Shown here: positions 47,785 to 57,755 of the stretch, in pieces
Layout: the number at the start of each line of letters is the position of its first letter
How positions within the stretch are numbered: position 1 is the stretch's first letter
NCBI GenBank assembly: GCA_049680625.1
Contig: JBAUID010000151.1
Coordinates: 4,738-68,737 of the forward strand
Length of the DNA stretch: 64,000 nucleotides
Source: Burkholderiaceae bacterium
GTDB taxonomy: Bacteria; Pseudomonadota; Gammaproteobacteria; Burkholderiales; Burkholderiaceae_E
Direction of reading: 5' to 3'
Program-made: the position numbers and the translations under genes
The notes under the pieces: model-generated
What the model was told of the DNA's origin: nothing
The model's input: only the letters and a program-made list of their open reading frames with translations
Database searches by the model: none

Positions 47785-49491
47785 ATGTACCAGTACGACT
47801 CATTTGACCAGGCCGTAGTCGATGCCCGGGTTGCCCAGTTTGCCAACCAGACCGAACGTTTCCTTAAGGGTGAGCTTAGCGAAGACGCTTACCGTCCGCT
47901 TCGGTTGCAAAACGGGCTATATCTGCAAAAACATGCGCCGATGCTGCGCATTGCAATTCCCTATGGCACTTTGTCCGCCCTGCAATTAAGCGCCCTGGCC
48001 GACATTGCCAGTGAATTTGACGACGGTTACGGCCACTTCAGCACCCGCCAGAACCTGCAGTTAAACGGGCCCAGGCTTGAACAAGTACCCGCCATCCTGC
48101 GCAGACTGGCTACAGTGCAAATGCACGCCATACAAACCAGCGGTAATTGCATTCGGAATGTCACTGCCGACCATCTCGCCGGTGTGGCTATTGATGAAGT
48201 CGCCGACCCGCGACCGGTTGCTGAGCTGATTCGCCAGTGGTCCAGCCTGCATCCGGAGTTTTTGTTCCTACCCCGTAAGTTCAAGATTGCAATCACCGGC
48301 TCAAGCGCTGACCGGGCGGCAATAGCCGTGCACGATATTGGCCTTGGTCTTCGCACCAGTAACGGCGAACTCGCCTTTGACGTCTTTGTTGGAGGCGGCC
48401 TGGGTCGCACACCGATTATTGGACAGCACATCCGGGCCGCGCTGCCCAAAGCACAACTGCTAAATTATCTTGAAGCAATCCTGCGGGTGTACAACCTGCA
48501 TGGCAGACGCGACAACATGTACAAGGCGCGGATTAAAATTCTTGTTCGCGAGTTAGGCATAAGCCAGTTTACCGACGCGGTAGAAAAAGAATTTTCATCG
48601 ATCCTTGCCGATGCAAAAAAAATCAGTGCAATGGGAACTACCGGCCCGGGCTTGATCCGCGATGAAACCTGGGATTCGTTATTCCAAAATTTCCCGGTTC
48701 CAGCGTGCGAAAATTTTTCCGAATCTGAGATTGCTGCAGCCGAAACCTCGTGTATTACCCATGCGGCTGCCAACCCCGGGTTTTCCCGCTGGCTGCAACG
48801 CAGCCGCCATGACCATCGTCAACCGGGTTATGCGGCCATCAGCATTTCGCTCAAAGATGGCGTACAAGCACCGGGCGACTGTACCAGCGCGCAAATGCAT
48901 GGGGTTGCCAGCATCGCCAGCCGATACAGCTTTGGCGAAATTCGGGTGACCCATCATCAGAACCTGGTCTTACCTTATGTGCGCATTGATGATCTGCCAG
49001 ACGTATATCGGCAATTGCAGGATTTAAAACTGGCGTCCCCCAATATTGGACTACTCACCGACATCATCGCCTGCCCGGGTGGCGACTTTTGCTCACTGGC
49101 AAATGCGGTGTCGATCCCTATTGCCAAGGCGATCCAGAGCAGCTTTGATGATCTCGACGAATTATTCGAAATTGGCCCGCTTGAACTGAATATTTCGGGT
49201 TGTATGAATTCCTGCGGCCACCATCATATCGGCCACATTGGCATCCTCGGTGTTGATAAGAAAGGTGAGTCGTTTTACCAGGTATCAATTGGCGGCAACC
49301 AGGGGCCTGACGCCAGGCTGGCCAAAATTCTCGGTCCGTCATTTGCCGAACACGAAATTCCCGATGTTGTTGAAAGACTGATTCGTTGCTACCTCGGTTT
49401 ACGCGAGTCAAAAACCGAACGTTTTGTCGACGCTGTAACGCGCGTCGGTATTGAACCTTTTAAGGAGGCAGTTTATGTCAGTGCTGATTAA
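47785..49491 (+). CDS. cysI: Sulfite reductase hemoprotein (siroheme/[4Fe-4S] nitrite-sulfite reductase family)
   Basis: Cys cluster CPGGDFCSLA ... SGCMNSCGHHHIGHIGILG. Duplicated NIR_SIR ferredoxin-like halves. The ATG at 47785 is preferred. Confidence 0.85.
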   Translation: MYQYDSFDQAVVDARVAQFANQTERFLKGELSEDAYRPLRLQNGLYLQKHAPMLRIAIPYGTLSALQLSALADIASEFDDGYGHFSTRQNLQLNGPRLEQVPAILRRLATVQMHAIQTSGNCIRNVTADHLAGVAIDEVADPRPVAELIRQWSSLHPEFLFLPRKFKIAITGSSADRAAIAVHDIGLGLRTSNGELAFDVFVGGGLGRTPIIGQHIRAALPKAQLLNYLEAILRVYNLHGRRDNMYKARIKILVRELGISQFTDAVEKEFSSILADAKKISAMGTTGPGLIRDETWDSLFQNFPVPACENFSESEIAAAETSCITHAAANPGFSRWLQRSRHDHRQPGYAAISISLKDGVQAPGDCTSAQMHGVASIASRYSFGEIRVTHHQNLVLPYVRIDDLPDVYRQLQDLKLASPNIGLLTDIIACPGGDFCSLANAVSIPIAKAIQSSFDDLDELFEIGPLELNISGCMNSCGHHHIGHIGILGVDKKGESFYQVSIGGNQGPDARLAKILGPSFAEHEIPDVVERLIRCYLGLRESKTERFVDAVTRVGIEPFKEAVYVSAD

Positions 49492-49990
49492 CACCACAGG
49501 CATCGTCAAAGACAGCTGGAAAATATTCGACGGTGATGCGTCTGGCATCATCGCTGCTGACAAATGCCTGTTACCGGTTGGTGAACTACTTGCGCAAGGT
49601 GGCGTCTGGATAAACCATGCGAAACAAGTCGGCGTAGTACTGACGCCGGTCGATGACCCGACGAGCCTGACACCTTATCTGACCAGGCTGACCCTGGTCG
49701 CGATCCACTTCACGGCACTTACCGACGGACGAGGATACTCGCAAGCCAGGCTGCTTCGTCAGCGGGTCGGGTATACCGGCGATCTCCGGGCCGTTGGCCA
49801 GATCGGTGCAGACCAGGTTCTACCGTTGACGCGGTGCGGGTTTACCGAGTTCGAACTGGCCGACGAGCAGACCGCAGTCACCGCATTGCAACTCATCAAA
49901 TTGCAAACCCCGGTCTACCAGAGTGCGGTCGTTAACACCAATATTGTTCCGCTGCCAGGTATCGATCGTGCACGGGCATTGACTGCTTGA
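49475..49990 (+). CDS. DUF934-family protein (conserved partner of CysI in beta/gamma-proteobacteria)
   Basis: ATG at 49475 after AAGGAGG. ...IHFTALTDGRGYSQARLLRQRVGYTGDLRAVGQIGADQVLPLTRCGFTEFEL. Confidence 0.75.
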   Translation: MSVLINTTGIVKDSWKIFDGDASGIIAADKCLLPVGELLAQGGVWINHAKQVGVVLTPVDDPTSLTPYLTRLTLVAIHFTALTDGRGYSQARLLRQRVGYTGDLRAVGQIGADQVLPLTRCGFTEFELADEQTAVTALQLIKLQTPVYQSAVVNTNIVPLPGIDRARALTA

Positions 49991-50002
49991 AACGGGCTGC
50001 GA

Positions 50003-50812
50003 ATGACCACTGATCAATCCGCCCATGTTGTTTTTGTTGGCGCCGGCCCCGGCGCTGTAGATTTACTCACTGTCCGTGCGGCGCGCGAGCTCGAACGCGC
50101 TGAGGTTGTCCTGCATGATGCCCTGGGCTGTGATGCCGTCCTCGCACTGTGCCTTCAGGCGACTCAGGTGCCAGTTGGAAAACGCGCCGGCGGCGTCAGT
50201 ACTGAACAGGCATTCATCAATCGACGCCTCGTGACCGAAGCGCTAACCGGGCGCCGGATTGTGCGGCTAAAAGGCGGTGATCCGACAATTTTTGGCCGCC
50301 TCGACGAAGAAATTTCTGCCCTGCAAAACGCGGGGGTAACTTACGAGATCGTGCCCGGAATTACCGCGGCCAGTGCGGCTGCGGCCCATGCCGGCGTGCC
50401 ACTGACCAGGCGCGGGATGGCGCGCAGCGTCACCCTGGCGACACCGGCGGTTGAGCGTGGCGCCGACCGATCGGCGCAGTGGCTGAATCAGTGTGATCCA
50501 CTGGGCACCTCGGTAATCTACATGGCCGGGCGCGAACTGCGCGCGACAGCGCTTTCGCTAATAAAACGTGGTTATCCGGGTGACACCGGGGTCAAAATTG
50601 CGCGCGCCGTCAGCACAGCGGCGCAACGCATCGTGAGCACATCATTGGGTGAGCTGGCATTACCCGTTCATCCTGAGCACCATCTGGATCACCATGGTCC
50701 CTGTGTCGTGCTGGTCGGCAATGCCATCGTGGGTGGGTTTTCAGACCCAACAAGTGTTTTGCCCGAACAATTGCCGGCTTGTCACGGGCAAGCAGCGCTG
50801 CCTCTCGTCTGA
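50003..50812 (+). CDS. cobA: Uroporphyrinogen-III C-methyltransferase (SUMT)
   Basis: VVFVGAGPGAVDLLTVRAARELERAEVVLHDAL, RLKGGDPTIFGR, and YEIVPGITAA. Confidence 0.85.
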   Translation: MTTDQSAHVVFVGAGPGAVDLLTVRAARELERAEVVLHDALGCDAVLALCLQATQVPVGKRAGGVSTEQAFINRRLVTEALTGRRIVRLKGGDPTIFGRLDEEISALQNAGVTYEIVPGITAASAAAAHAGVPLTRRGMARSVTLATPAVERGADRSAQWLNQCDPLGTSVIYMAGRELRATALSLIKRGYPGDTGVKIARAVSTAAQRIVSTSLGELALPVHPEHHLDHHGPCVVLVGNAIVGGFSDPTSVLPEQLPACHGQAALPLV

Positions 50813-50826
50813 CCCTCTCGTCTGAC
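50801..50826. repeat. Perfect 13-bp tandem duplication (CCTCTCGTCTGAC x2) spanning the cobA stop codon
   Basis: Copy 1 at 50801-50813 contains the TGA stop (50810-50812). Copy 2 follows at 50814-50826. Confidence 0.85.
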
Positions 50827-50858
50827 ATATCAGCTTGGACCGCAGGTATTTTCTTTGT

Positions 50859-51749
50859 TCACACAATCCGCAACGGTTGCTCATTATCTGGCGGCGGAAA
50901 ATCGATATCCAGCTGTGCGCGGTCTGCCGTGGTTAGTCGAATCTCGCGCGCTCCGGCGTTTTCGGTTACCCGATCCACGCTGGACGACTTTGGGATAACT
51001 GCAACCCCTGGTTGTTCAAGCAGCCAGGCAAGTGCAATCTGTGCACAACTCGCCTGATGGCGCTGTGCAATGGCCAGCAGCGATTCATGCCAGGCCAGTT
51101 CTCCCTGGTCAAGCGGGCAATACGCCATGGTTGCCATGCCGCAATCGCGCATCAATGGCAGTAAATCAAATTCTATCCCCCTGGCACTTAACGAGTAATA
51201 CACCTGGTTGCTGATACACGGACTTGGCAAATCATGGCCCAGCAAATCAGTGATTTGTTCCGAATCAAAATTAGACACACCCCAGGCGCCAACATGGCCA
51301 CGGCTTCGCAAGGTCTCAAATGCATCGATTGTTTGCTGCAATGGAGTTGACGATGCCCAGTGCAGTAAATACAAGTCAATAGTATCGACACCCAATCGCC
51401 GCCGGCTTCGTTCACAAGCCTTCAGCACAGCATCGTAACCAGCGTTCGAGGGCAGGACTTTTGATACCAGGAATACCTCGTCGGCCAGACCGCGGATCGC
51501 TTCACCGACGACGTCTTCTGCGGCGCCATTGCCATACATTTCGGCACTGTCAATCAGTGTCATACCCAACTCGATCCCGGCACGCAGAGCGGCAATTTCT
51601 GCTTTCCTGGCGGACGCCGACTCCCCCATCCGCCATGTGCCCTGGCCGAGCGCTGGTACGGGTTTGTCAGTACGGCTGGTGACTGACCAGATCGGCAGGT
51701 CGACATTTGTATTGAATTTCATGTGTATATCAATCCGGGTTGAGGCCAT
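50859..51749 (-). CDS. Aldo/keto reductase
   Basis: PALGQGTWRMG, IDSAEMYGNG, DLYLLHW, and FDLLPLMRDCGMATMAYCPL. An alternative start is ATG 51722. Confidence 0.8.
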   Translation of the reverse strand: MASTRIDIHMKFNTNVDLPIWSVTSRTDKPVPALGQGTWRMGESASARKAEIAALRAGIELGMTLIDSAEMYGNGAAEDVVGEAIRGLADEVFLVSKVLPSNAGYDAVLKACERSRRRLGVDTIDLYLLHWASSTPLQQTIDAFETLRSRGHVGAWGVSNFDSEQITDLLGHDLPSPCISNQVYYSLSARGIEFDLLPLMRDCGMATMAYCPLDQGELAWHESLLAIAQRHQASCAQIALAWLLEQPGVAVIPKSSSVDRVTENAGAREIRLTTADRAQLDIDFPPPDNEQPLRIV

Positions 51750-51779
51750 ACGGTGAACATTGCGTGTACATTGCAGGCC

Positions 51780-53642
51780 ATGAACTTAGTCAGCATTTTT
51801 AACGCCGAACTCGCCTTCGGTGACATGCCGTTGCTTGACGGCGCCGAATTAGCAATTGAATCTCGTGAACGCGTTGGCCTGATCGGACGTAACGGTACCG
51901 GCAAGTCGTCGCTGTTGTCTATTATTGCGGGTTTGCGTCAACTCGACGACGGCGAAATCCGGACCCCGGTCGGGGTCCGCATCATCTACGTCGAACAAGA
52001 ACCCGTATTACCTGAGGCTGACAGCCTGCGGGACAGCCTCGCCCGGCGGATAGGCCTGGATACAGATTCCGACGATCCGGAAAAATGGACGGCACTGGCC
52101 CGACTGGACGCGGCGGCAGATCGCTTCGGCGTAACCCTGGATGTGGGTATCGACGGTTTATCCGGCGGAGAGCGCAAACGTGCGGCACTGGCGGCGGCGA
52201 TGAGTTGTGAGCCCGACTTGCTGTTACTCGACGAGCCAACCAATCACCTTGATATCGCTGCCATTGAGAAACTGGAAGACATTTTGATCAAAGGCCCCGC
52301 CTTGATCACAATCACCCACGATCGTCGCTTCCTCGACCGCGTCGCCAGCCGCATCGTTGAGCTGGATCGCGGTACGCTGCGCAGCTACCCGGGCAATTTT
52401 GCCGCCTATGAAAAACGCAAAGCAGAACAGCTCGCAGAAGAAGCAGTACACGCCAGCAAGTTCGACAAATTCTGGAAACAGGAAGAGGTCTGGATACGGC
52501 AAGGCGTACAGGCCCGTCGCACCCGCAACGAAGGTCGGGTTCGTCGACTCGAAATGTTGCGCAATGAGCGATCCCAACGCCGCGAACGAAGCGGTACTGT
52601 GGCCATGCAGGTCGACTCAAAAGACCGGTCCGGAAAAATTGTTGCCGAACTGACAGAAGTCACCAAGTCGTATCCGGCAAAAGATACGTCCGGCAACACA
52701 TACAACCGAAAGATCATTCGCAACTTTTCGGCGACTATTCAACGCGGTGACCGGGTAGGCTTTATCGGGCCGAATGGGGCAGGAAAAACAACCCTATTGA
52801 AACTGATTACGGGCGCTGAAGCCCCCGATGAAGGTGAGGTACGCCTCGGAACTAAGCTTCAAGTCGCCTACTTTGACCAGATGCGGGCCCAGCTTGATCC
52901 GGACAAAACCCTGATCGAAACTATTAGCCCCGGTTCGGAGTGGATCGAAATCGGTGATTCCAGAAAACACGTCATTGCCTATCTTGGTGATTTTCTGTTT
53001 TCGCCCAGACGCGCCAACTCCCCGGTCAGCACCTTATCCGGCGGTGAACGTAACCGGCTGCTGTTAGCCCGGCTGTTTGCGCGACCGGCAAACCTGCTGG
53101 TTCTGGATGAACCGACCAACGATCTGGATATTGAATCTCTCGAGGTACTGGAATCGACGCTGCTTGAATATCGCGGCACAATTCTCCTAGTGAGTCACGA
53201 CCGGGCCTTTCTGGATGCTGTGGTCACCCAGACCATTGCGTACGAAGGCGACGGTAACTGGCGCGAATACCCCGGCGGCTACTCCGACTGGTTAGTCCAG
53301 CGTGCCAACTCAACGGCAACCAACAACAACAAAAACGCTGGCGGCAATACCGACAATAGCGGCACCAAAGGCGGCCGCAACAACAATAAACAGACAACAA
53401 CGAAGATCAGCTACAAAGACAAGCGTGCACTGGACCTGATGCCAGCGGCCATTGCAAAACTTGAAGATGAGCAGGCGGCCCTTGTTGAGCGAATGGGCGG
53501 GAGTGATTATTTTCAGCAGTCTGCCGAAGTGTTAAAAGCCGACAGTCAGCGGGCGGAGGCTATTGAGCTCGAATTAATTGAGATGCTTGAACGCTGGGAG
53601 AAACTCGAAGCCGCCGCGTCGGGGAAAAGCTCCACTGAGTAA
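51780..53642 (+). CDS. uup: ABC-F family ATPase Uup
   Basis: Two ABC cassettes (GRNGTGKSS/LSGGERKR/LLLLDEPTNHLD and GPNGAGKTT/LSGGERNR/LLVLDEPTNDLD), an inter-domain linker and a C-terminal coiled coil. The start at ATG 51780 matches the Uup N-terminus. Confidence 0.85.
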   Translation: MNLVSIFNAELAFGDMPLLDGAELAIESRERVGLIGRNGTGKSSLLSIIAGLRQLDDGEIRTPVGVRIIYVEQEPVLPEADSLRDSLARRIGLDTDSDDPEKWTALARLDAAADRFGVTLDVGIDGLSGGERKRAALAAAMSCEPDLLLLDEPTNHLDIAAIEKLEDILIKGPALITITHDRRFLDRVASRIVELDRGTLRSYPGNFAAYEKRKAEQLAEEAVHASKFDKFWKQEEVWIRQGVQARRTRNEGRVRRLEMLRNERSQRRERSGTVAMQVDSKDRSGKIVAELTEVTKSYPAKDTSGNTYNRKIIRNFSATIQRGDRVGFIGPNGAGKTTLLKLITGAEAPDEGEVRLGTKLQVAYFDQMRAQLDPDKTLIETISPGSEWIEIGDSRKHVIAYLGDFLFSPRRANSPVSTLSGGERNRLLLARLFARPANLLVLDEPTNDLDIESLEVLESTLLEYRGTILLVSHDRAFLDAVVTQTIAYEGDGNWREYPGGYSDWLVQRANSTATNNNKNAGGNTDNSGTKGGRNNNKQTTTKISYKDKRALDLMPAAIAKLEDEQAALVERMGGSDYFQQSAEVLKADSQRAEAIELELIEMLERWEKLEAAASGKSSTE

Positions 53643-53719
53643 TCGGTTGCAGTCACCACTGCAGCCCGGGCTGCATTGACCGCCTTGGCAGTCCGGCACA
53701 ATCACATTATTGTGTTGTC

Positions 53720-55066
53720 ATGAGCACTGAAAACTCCGGCTTCCCGACAGGGGATTTGCCCACTTTTGACCCGGCTACCCTGGTGGCACGTGACACCGTT
53801 CATCGCGATGTGTACACCAGCGAGGCAGTTCACCAAATCGAAGTCAGCCGGCTGTTTCGACGGGCCTGGTTATATGCGGGGCACCAGAGTGAACTGCCCA
53901 CCCCTGGTGACTACCTGAGCCTTGATCTCGCGCGGCAACCGGTGGTGATCATTCGTCAGCAAGACGGTAGCCTGGTGGCCCTGCATAACCGTTGTGCGCA
54001 TAAAGGCACGCCAGTTGTTACCGACAGGCAGGGGAGCACAAAGGGCATTTTGCGCTGTGCGTATCATGGGTGGACGTATAAACCCGATGGGTCATTACTG
54101 AATATTCCGTTGCGCAATGCATACGACAAGACCGCGTTCAGCTTTTGCGACGCCGCAATCGGCTTAAAACGCATAACCGCCGTTGAAGAATACCAGGGGT
54201 TTATTTTTGTACGCCTCAGTGACACCGGACCGTCACTGACCGATTACTTTGGCGAAGCCCTAAAAGCCATCGACAACATGGTCAAACGCTCGCCAGTGGG
54301 TCAGTTGCGATTGGTGCAGCCGCCACTACGTCATCGAATCGCCTGTAACTGGAAAATTTATCTGGAAAACATCAATGACGCAGTCCATCCGGTCTCCGCG
54401 CACCAGTCAGCATGGGCCACAGCACGGCAGTTCTGGCAAGGCAAAGCAGCTGAGGTGCCCAAACCGATGGCGATTGAACAAATGCTGCCCTTTGGTGCCG
54501 GTTACGACGTACTCAACAACATGGGGGCTCGAATACTGCCAAACGGCCATAGCTTCTTCGGCACAAAATCCAATATTCATTCTAATTACGCGGCTCTAAG
54601 TGACTATCAGCTCGCCATGCATGCAGCCTACGGCAAACAAGCCAGCGACCAGATTCTTGGTTTTCAGTCGCAGAACACCGTGTTGTATCCAGGCCTGTCG
54701 GTGAAACCGTCACCATTGTCGATGCGGGTTCTCAGACCAGTATCAGCCGGAGAAACCATCCTCGAAGTCTGGGCATTTGAGGCCATTGGTGCACCGCCAG
54801 ATCTTTTGGAGCGTGCGTTGACTTATAACCGGGTTGCCTTCTCACCGATGTCCGTCGTGGCCCACGATGACATCCACATATTTGAAGCCGTTCAACAATG
54901 CCTGGTTTCCGACGCCAATCCGTGGATCAGCTTACACCGTGACGCCTCTCCCGAATTATTGGCTGTTGAAGGCCAGCAACCCATTGACATCAACAGCGCC
55001 AACGAAGGTTTAATGCGCAATCAATTCCGTGCCTGGGCAAACCTGATGTCGGAAAACCCGGCATGA
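53720..55066 (+). CDS. Rieske [2Fe-2S] aromatic ring-hydroxylating oxygenase, alpha subunit
   Basis: Rieske motif CAHKG...(17)...CAYHGW. The catalytic domain follows, containing NDAVHPVSAH. Confidence 0.8.
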   Translation: MSTENSGFPTGDLPTFDPATLVARDTVHRDVYTSEAVHQIEVSRLFRRAWLYAGHQSELPTPGDYLSLDLARQPVVIIRQQDGSLVALHNRCAHKGTPVVTDRQGSTKGILRCAYHGWTYKPDGSLLNIPLRNAYDKTAFSFCDAAIGLKRITAVEEYQGFIFVRLSDTGPSLTDYFGEALKAIDNMVKRSPVGQLRLVQPPLRHRIACNWKIYLENINDAVHPVSAHQSAWATARQFWQGKAAEVPKPMAIEQMLPFGAGYDVLNNMGARILPNGHSFFGTKSNIHSNYAALSDYQLAMHAAYGKQASDQILGFQSQNTVLYPGLSVKPSPLSMRVLRPVSAGETILEVWAFEAIGAPPDLLERALTYNRVAFSPMSVVAHDDIHIFEAVQQCLVSDANPWISLHRDASPELLAVEGQQPIDINSANEGLMRNQFRAWANLMSENPA

Positions 55067-55560
55067 CCTCAACGACCCCTGCCACCGATGCGGGGCTCAT
55101 TGCGCAAGTGAATGAATTTCTCGCGCACGAAGCCGACTTGCTTGATACCCGGCAATGGGACGAATGGTTAGATCTGTTTGACCCCAATGGTCACTACTGG
55201 GTACCTACCAGTGCACAACAAACGGAACCCAACGCTTGTCCGTCACTGGCTTATGAAGATATCCTCTTGCTGAAAATCCGAGTCGAGCGCCTGCGACATC
55301 CACAAGCCCATTCACAACATCCACCAAGCACCAGCCAACATGTGCTGCAAGCCGCGCGGATTGTTTCGAACCAAGCCGAGCTGATTCTCACTAGGCAGCC
55401 GTTTTCCTATGTTGAACATCGGAGCGGGCAACAGACCTGGCTAACCGGTGTGGCCCGACACCGGCTGATTCGGCAAGGCCAGAACCTTCGTATTCAGCTC
55501 AAGCGGATTGACTTGCTCGGTGCGGACCAGGCATTACCCATGATCCAGTTGTTTCTGTAA
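55063..55560 (+). CDS. Aromatic ring-hydroxylating oxygenase, beta subunit (NTF2/SnoaL-like fold)
   Basis: 165 aa, overlaps the alpha-subunit stop. EFLAHEADLLDTRQWDEWLDLF...YWVP is typical of beta subunits. Confidence 0.7.
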   Translation: MTSTTPATDAGLIAQVNEFLAHEADLLDTRQWDEWLDLFDPNGHYWVPTSAQQTEPNACPSLAYEDILLLKIRVERLRHPQAHSQHPPSTSQHVLQAARIVSNQAELILTRQPFSYVEHRSGQQTWLTGVARHRLIRQGQNLRIQLKRIDLLGADQALPMIQLFL

Positions 55561-55830
55561 AGGGATCGTCAATAATTATGCTGCGACGCATCATTTACAG
55601 TCGGATGAATGGCAAAATTCTGACTTATTTCCGCACACTTTGGAATGAAAGCCCGAACCGCCCGCACGTTTTGTTATAGTTGCTCTCGCAAAAACCATGG
55701 TTCGCTATTCCAGACTGTGAGTAGCCATTGCTAATTTTGAAATGGGATCCACCCAAAGACTATTCTGAATAGTGCGAGGTAGTCCGGTTTAGCTGGTCGG
55801 CCGTTGTACAGAAGAAGGAGGAAGACAAAT

Positions 55831-56883
55831 ATGAAAACCCTGAAATATTCTCTACTGAGTGTTGCCATTGGTGCACTGCTCGCGACCGGTCCGGCACTTG
55901 TCACTTCAGACGCGAATGCGGCCGAGGTTGACGGACCCAAGGTTCGCTGGAAAGTAAACACCTGGGGTAAGCGGCGTGCGTTTACCGAAGACCTCGAAAC
56001 TCTGTCGAAGTATGTCAAAGACAAAACTGATGGCAATTTCACGATTAAAGTTTTTTACGGCGATCAGCTCGGTGGCCGTAAGCAAAACCTCGACAACGTC
56101 AAAGCTGGCGTCTTTGAAATGGCCAAGGTTTGCTGGGCTTATCACCCGGGTAAAAACCAGTCGAACACGGTGCTCAACCTGCCCTTCCTGCCCATTACCA
56201 ACTACGACATTCAGCGCAAAGTCTACGAAGCGGTTTACCGCCACCCGATTGTTGGCAAAGAGCTCGCCACTAAATGGGGGGTTTTCGTTTTTTCCAGTTC
56301 GCAATTACCGCAATACGAATTCATGGGTAAAGGCAAGCCGCCAACCAAGCTCGAAGACTGGAACGGTATGACAGTCCGCGCTCTGGGTGGTCTGGCTGAT
56401 GCCATGCGGGCATTGGGCGCAAACAACTCCACCATGACAGCGCCAGAGGTATATCAGGCAATCGAGCGGGGCGCGGTACAAGCCGTGTCCTTCCCGTTCT
56501 CATATGCGCATGCGGCATTCAAGACCGATGAAGTTGCAGACTGGTACACCCTTAACCTGGCACCGGGCTCGAACGATTGCCCGAATATTGTCAGCGCCAG
56601 CGCGTACGAGAAATTACCAGCACAGTACAAGAAACTCATGGAAGAAGGCCGTGACCTGGGCTACGAGTCTCTGCGCAAAGCCTATAAGGCAAAAGACGAT
56701 GAGCTGATTCCGAAATGGCGTAAGACCAAGACCGAAATCGTATACAGCGACGAAGAACTGGCTAAGTTCCGGAAAATTGCCGGTCAGCCGGTGTATGACA
56801 AATGGGTTGCTGACAACAAAGACAAGTTTGATGCAGCCAGCCTGCTTAAGTTTGTCATGGATACTGCCGCAGCCAGTAAGTAG
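55831..56883 (+). CDS. TRAP transporter substrate-binding protein (DctP family)
   Basis: ATG at 55831 after GAAGGAGGA. Signal peptide ...SDANA. About 350 aa, followed by DctQ and DctM genes. Confidence 0.8.
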   Translation: MKTLKYSLLSVAIGALLATGPALVTSDANAAEVDGPKVRWKVNTWGKRRAFTEDLETLSKYVKDKTDGNFTIKVFYGDQLGGRKQNLDNVKAGVFEMAKVCWAYHPGKNQSNTVLNLPFLPITNYDIQRKVYEAVYRHPIVGKELATKWGVFVFSSSQLPQYEFMGKGKPPTKLEDWNGMTVRALGGLADAMRALGANNSTMTAPEVYQAIERGAVQAVSFPFSYAHAAFKTDEVADWYTLNLAPGSNDCPNIVSASAYEKLPAQYKKLMEEGRDLGYESLRKAYKAKDDELIPKWRKTKTEIVYSDEELAKFRKIAGQPVYDKWVADNKDKFDAASLLKFVMDTAAASK

Positions 56884-56928
56884 TATCTCTCTCTGGCCGG
56901 TCTGACGTTTGAAGTCACCGGGCCGGCA

Positions 56929-56968
56929 AAGGCGCACTTCGAGTAACATCGGGTGCGCCTTGTTCGTT
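56929..56968 (+). terminator. Hairpin (9-bp perfect stem AAGGCGCAC/GTGCGCCTT) with a partial T-tract between dctP and dctQ; probable partial terminator or attenuator
   Basis: Stem at 56929-56937 and 56953-56961, 15-nt loop, followed by GTTCGTTTC. A second imperfect GC-rich hairpin lies just upstream, at about 56894-56927. Confidence 0.45.
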
Positions 56969-57110
56969 TCCCGGGGTTTTGTCTTGGGTACATTTCCAGA
57001 CTCTGAGATCCTGAATCCCGGGAAGACGTCGCAGTGTCAACCCCAGTACTTCTGAACATCCGCGAAACACAAACTTAGCACCCGCCTAGCAACCAACTGG
57101 CAGTGAAAAT

Positions 57111-57755
57111 ATGACCCCAGCACCACAGGCCGCGAGCCTACCCCCTAATGCCAGCTTGCTACAGCGGCTCGACTACTACCTGGCAAAGGTCGAAGACGGG
57201 CTGTCAATGGTGGCGGCAATGTTCATTCTTTTGCTGATGCTGCTTGGCGCTGCCAACATCATCGGCCGCAAACTTGGCATACCGGTCTGGGGTTATAACG
57301 ACCTCGTCACCCTCATTATGGTGAGTTTCGCCTTTCTCTCTATATCAGCAATGCAGCGCGTCGGCGGCCATATCCGAATGGAGCTTGTCGTGCGCGCGTT
57401 GAGCGGCCGCACCATGTGGGTGACAGAACTCATTGGTACGCTGGTTGCCATCTTCATCATGAGCATCCTGATGTGGTACAGCTATGAAGCCCTGGGCAGA
57501 GCTTTTTCCCTGGGTGATTCGACTATGGACAGAGAAATACCGACCTGGCCGTCGAAGATGTGGGTGCCTATTTCGTTCGGCGTCTTAATCCTGCGGCTGT
57601 TGCTGCAGCTATGGGGCTATAGCCGCATGATCATCAACCCCGATGCAGAACCTATTGCCATACCACTCTTGCATGAAGTCAAGGAGCTGGCAGAAAAAGA
57701 AATCAGCGACACCTTCGGTGACGCTGCCTCCACCAAAAAATCGGGAGCTGTCTGA
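57111..57755 (+). CDS. TRAP transporter small permease (DctQ family)
   Basis: Four predicted TM segments, 214 aa, stop overlapping the dctM start. Confidence 0.75.
   Translation: MTPAPQAASLPPNASLLQRLDYYLAKVEDGLSMVAAMFILLLMLLGAANIIGRKLGIPVWGYNDLVTLIMVSFAFLSISAMQRVGGHIRMELVVRALSGRTMWVTELIGTLVAIFIMSILMWYSYEALGRAFSLGDSTMDREIPTWPSKMWVPISFGVLILRLLLQLWGYSRMIINPDAEPIAIPLLHEVKELAEKEISDTFGDAASTKKSGAV

Noticed and set aside
53648-53700. Palindromes after uup (TGCAG..CTGCA at 53648-53663 and GCAGCCCGGGCTGC at 53661-53674) as a terminator, and TGGCAGTCCGGCAC as a sigma54 promoter for the Rieske oxygenase genes
   Set aside because: The hairpins are short with no U-tract. The GG-to-GC spacing in the sigma54-like sequence is off by 3 nt from the TGGCAC-N5-TTGCW consensus.
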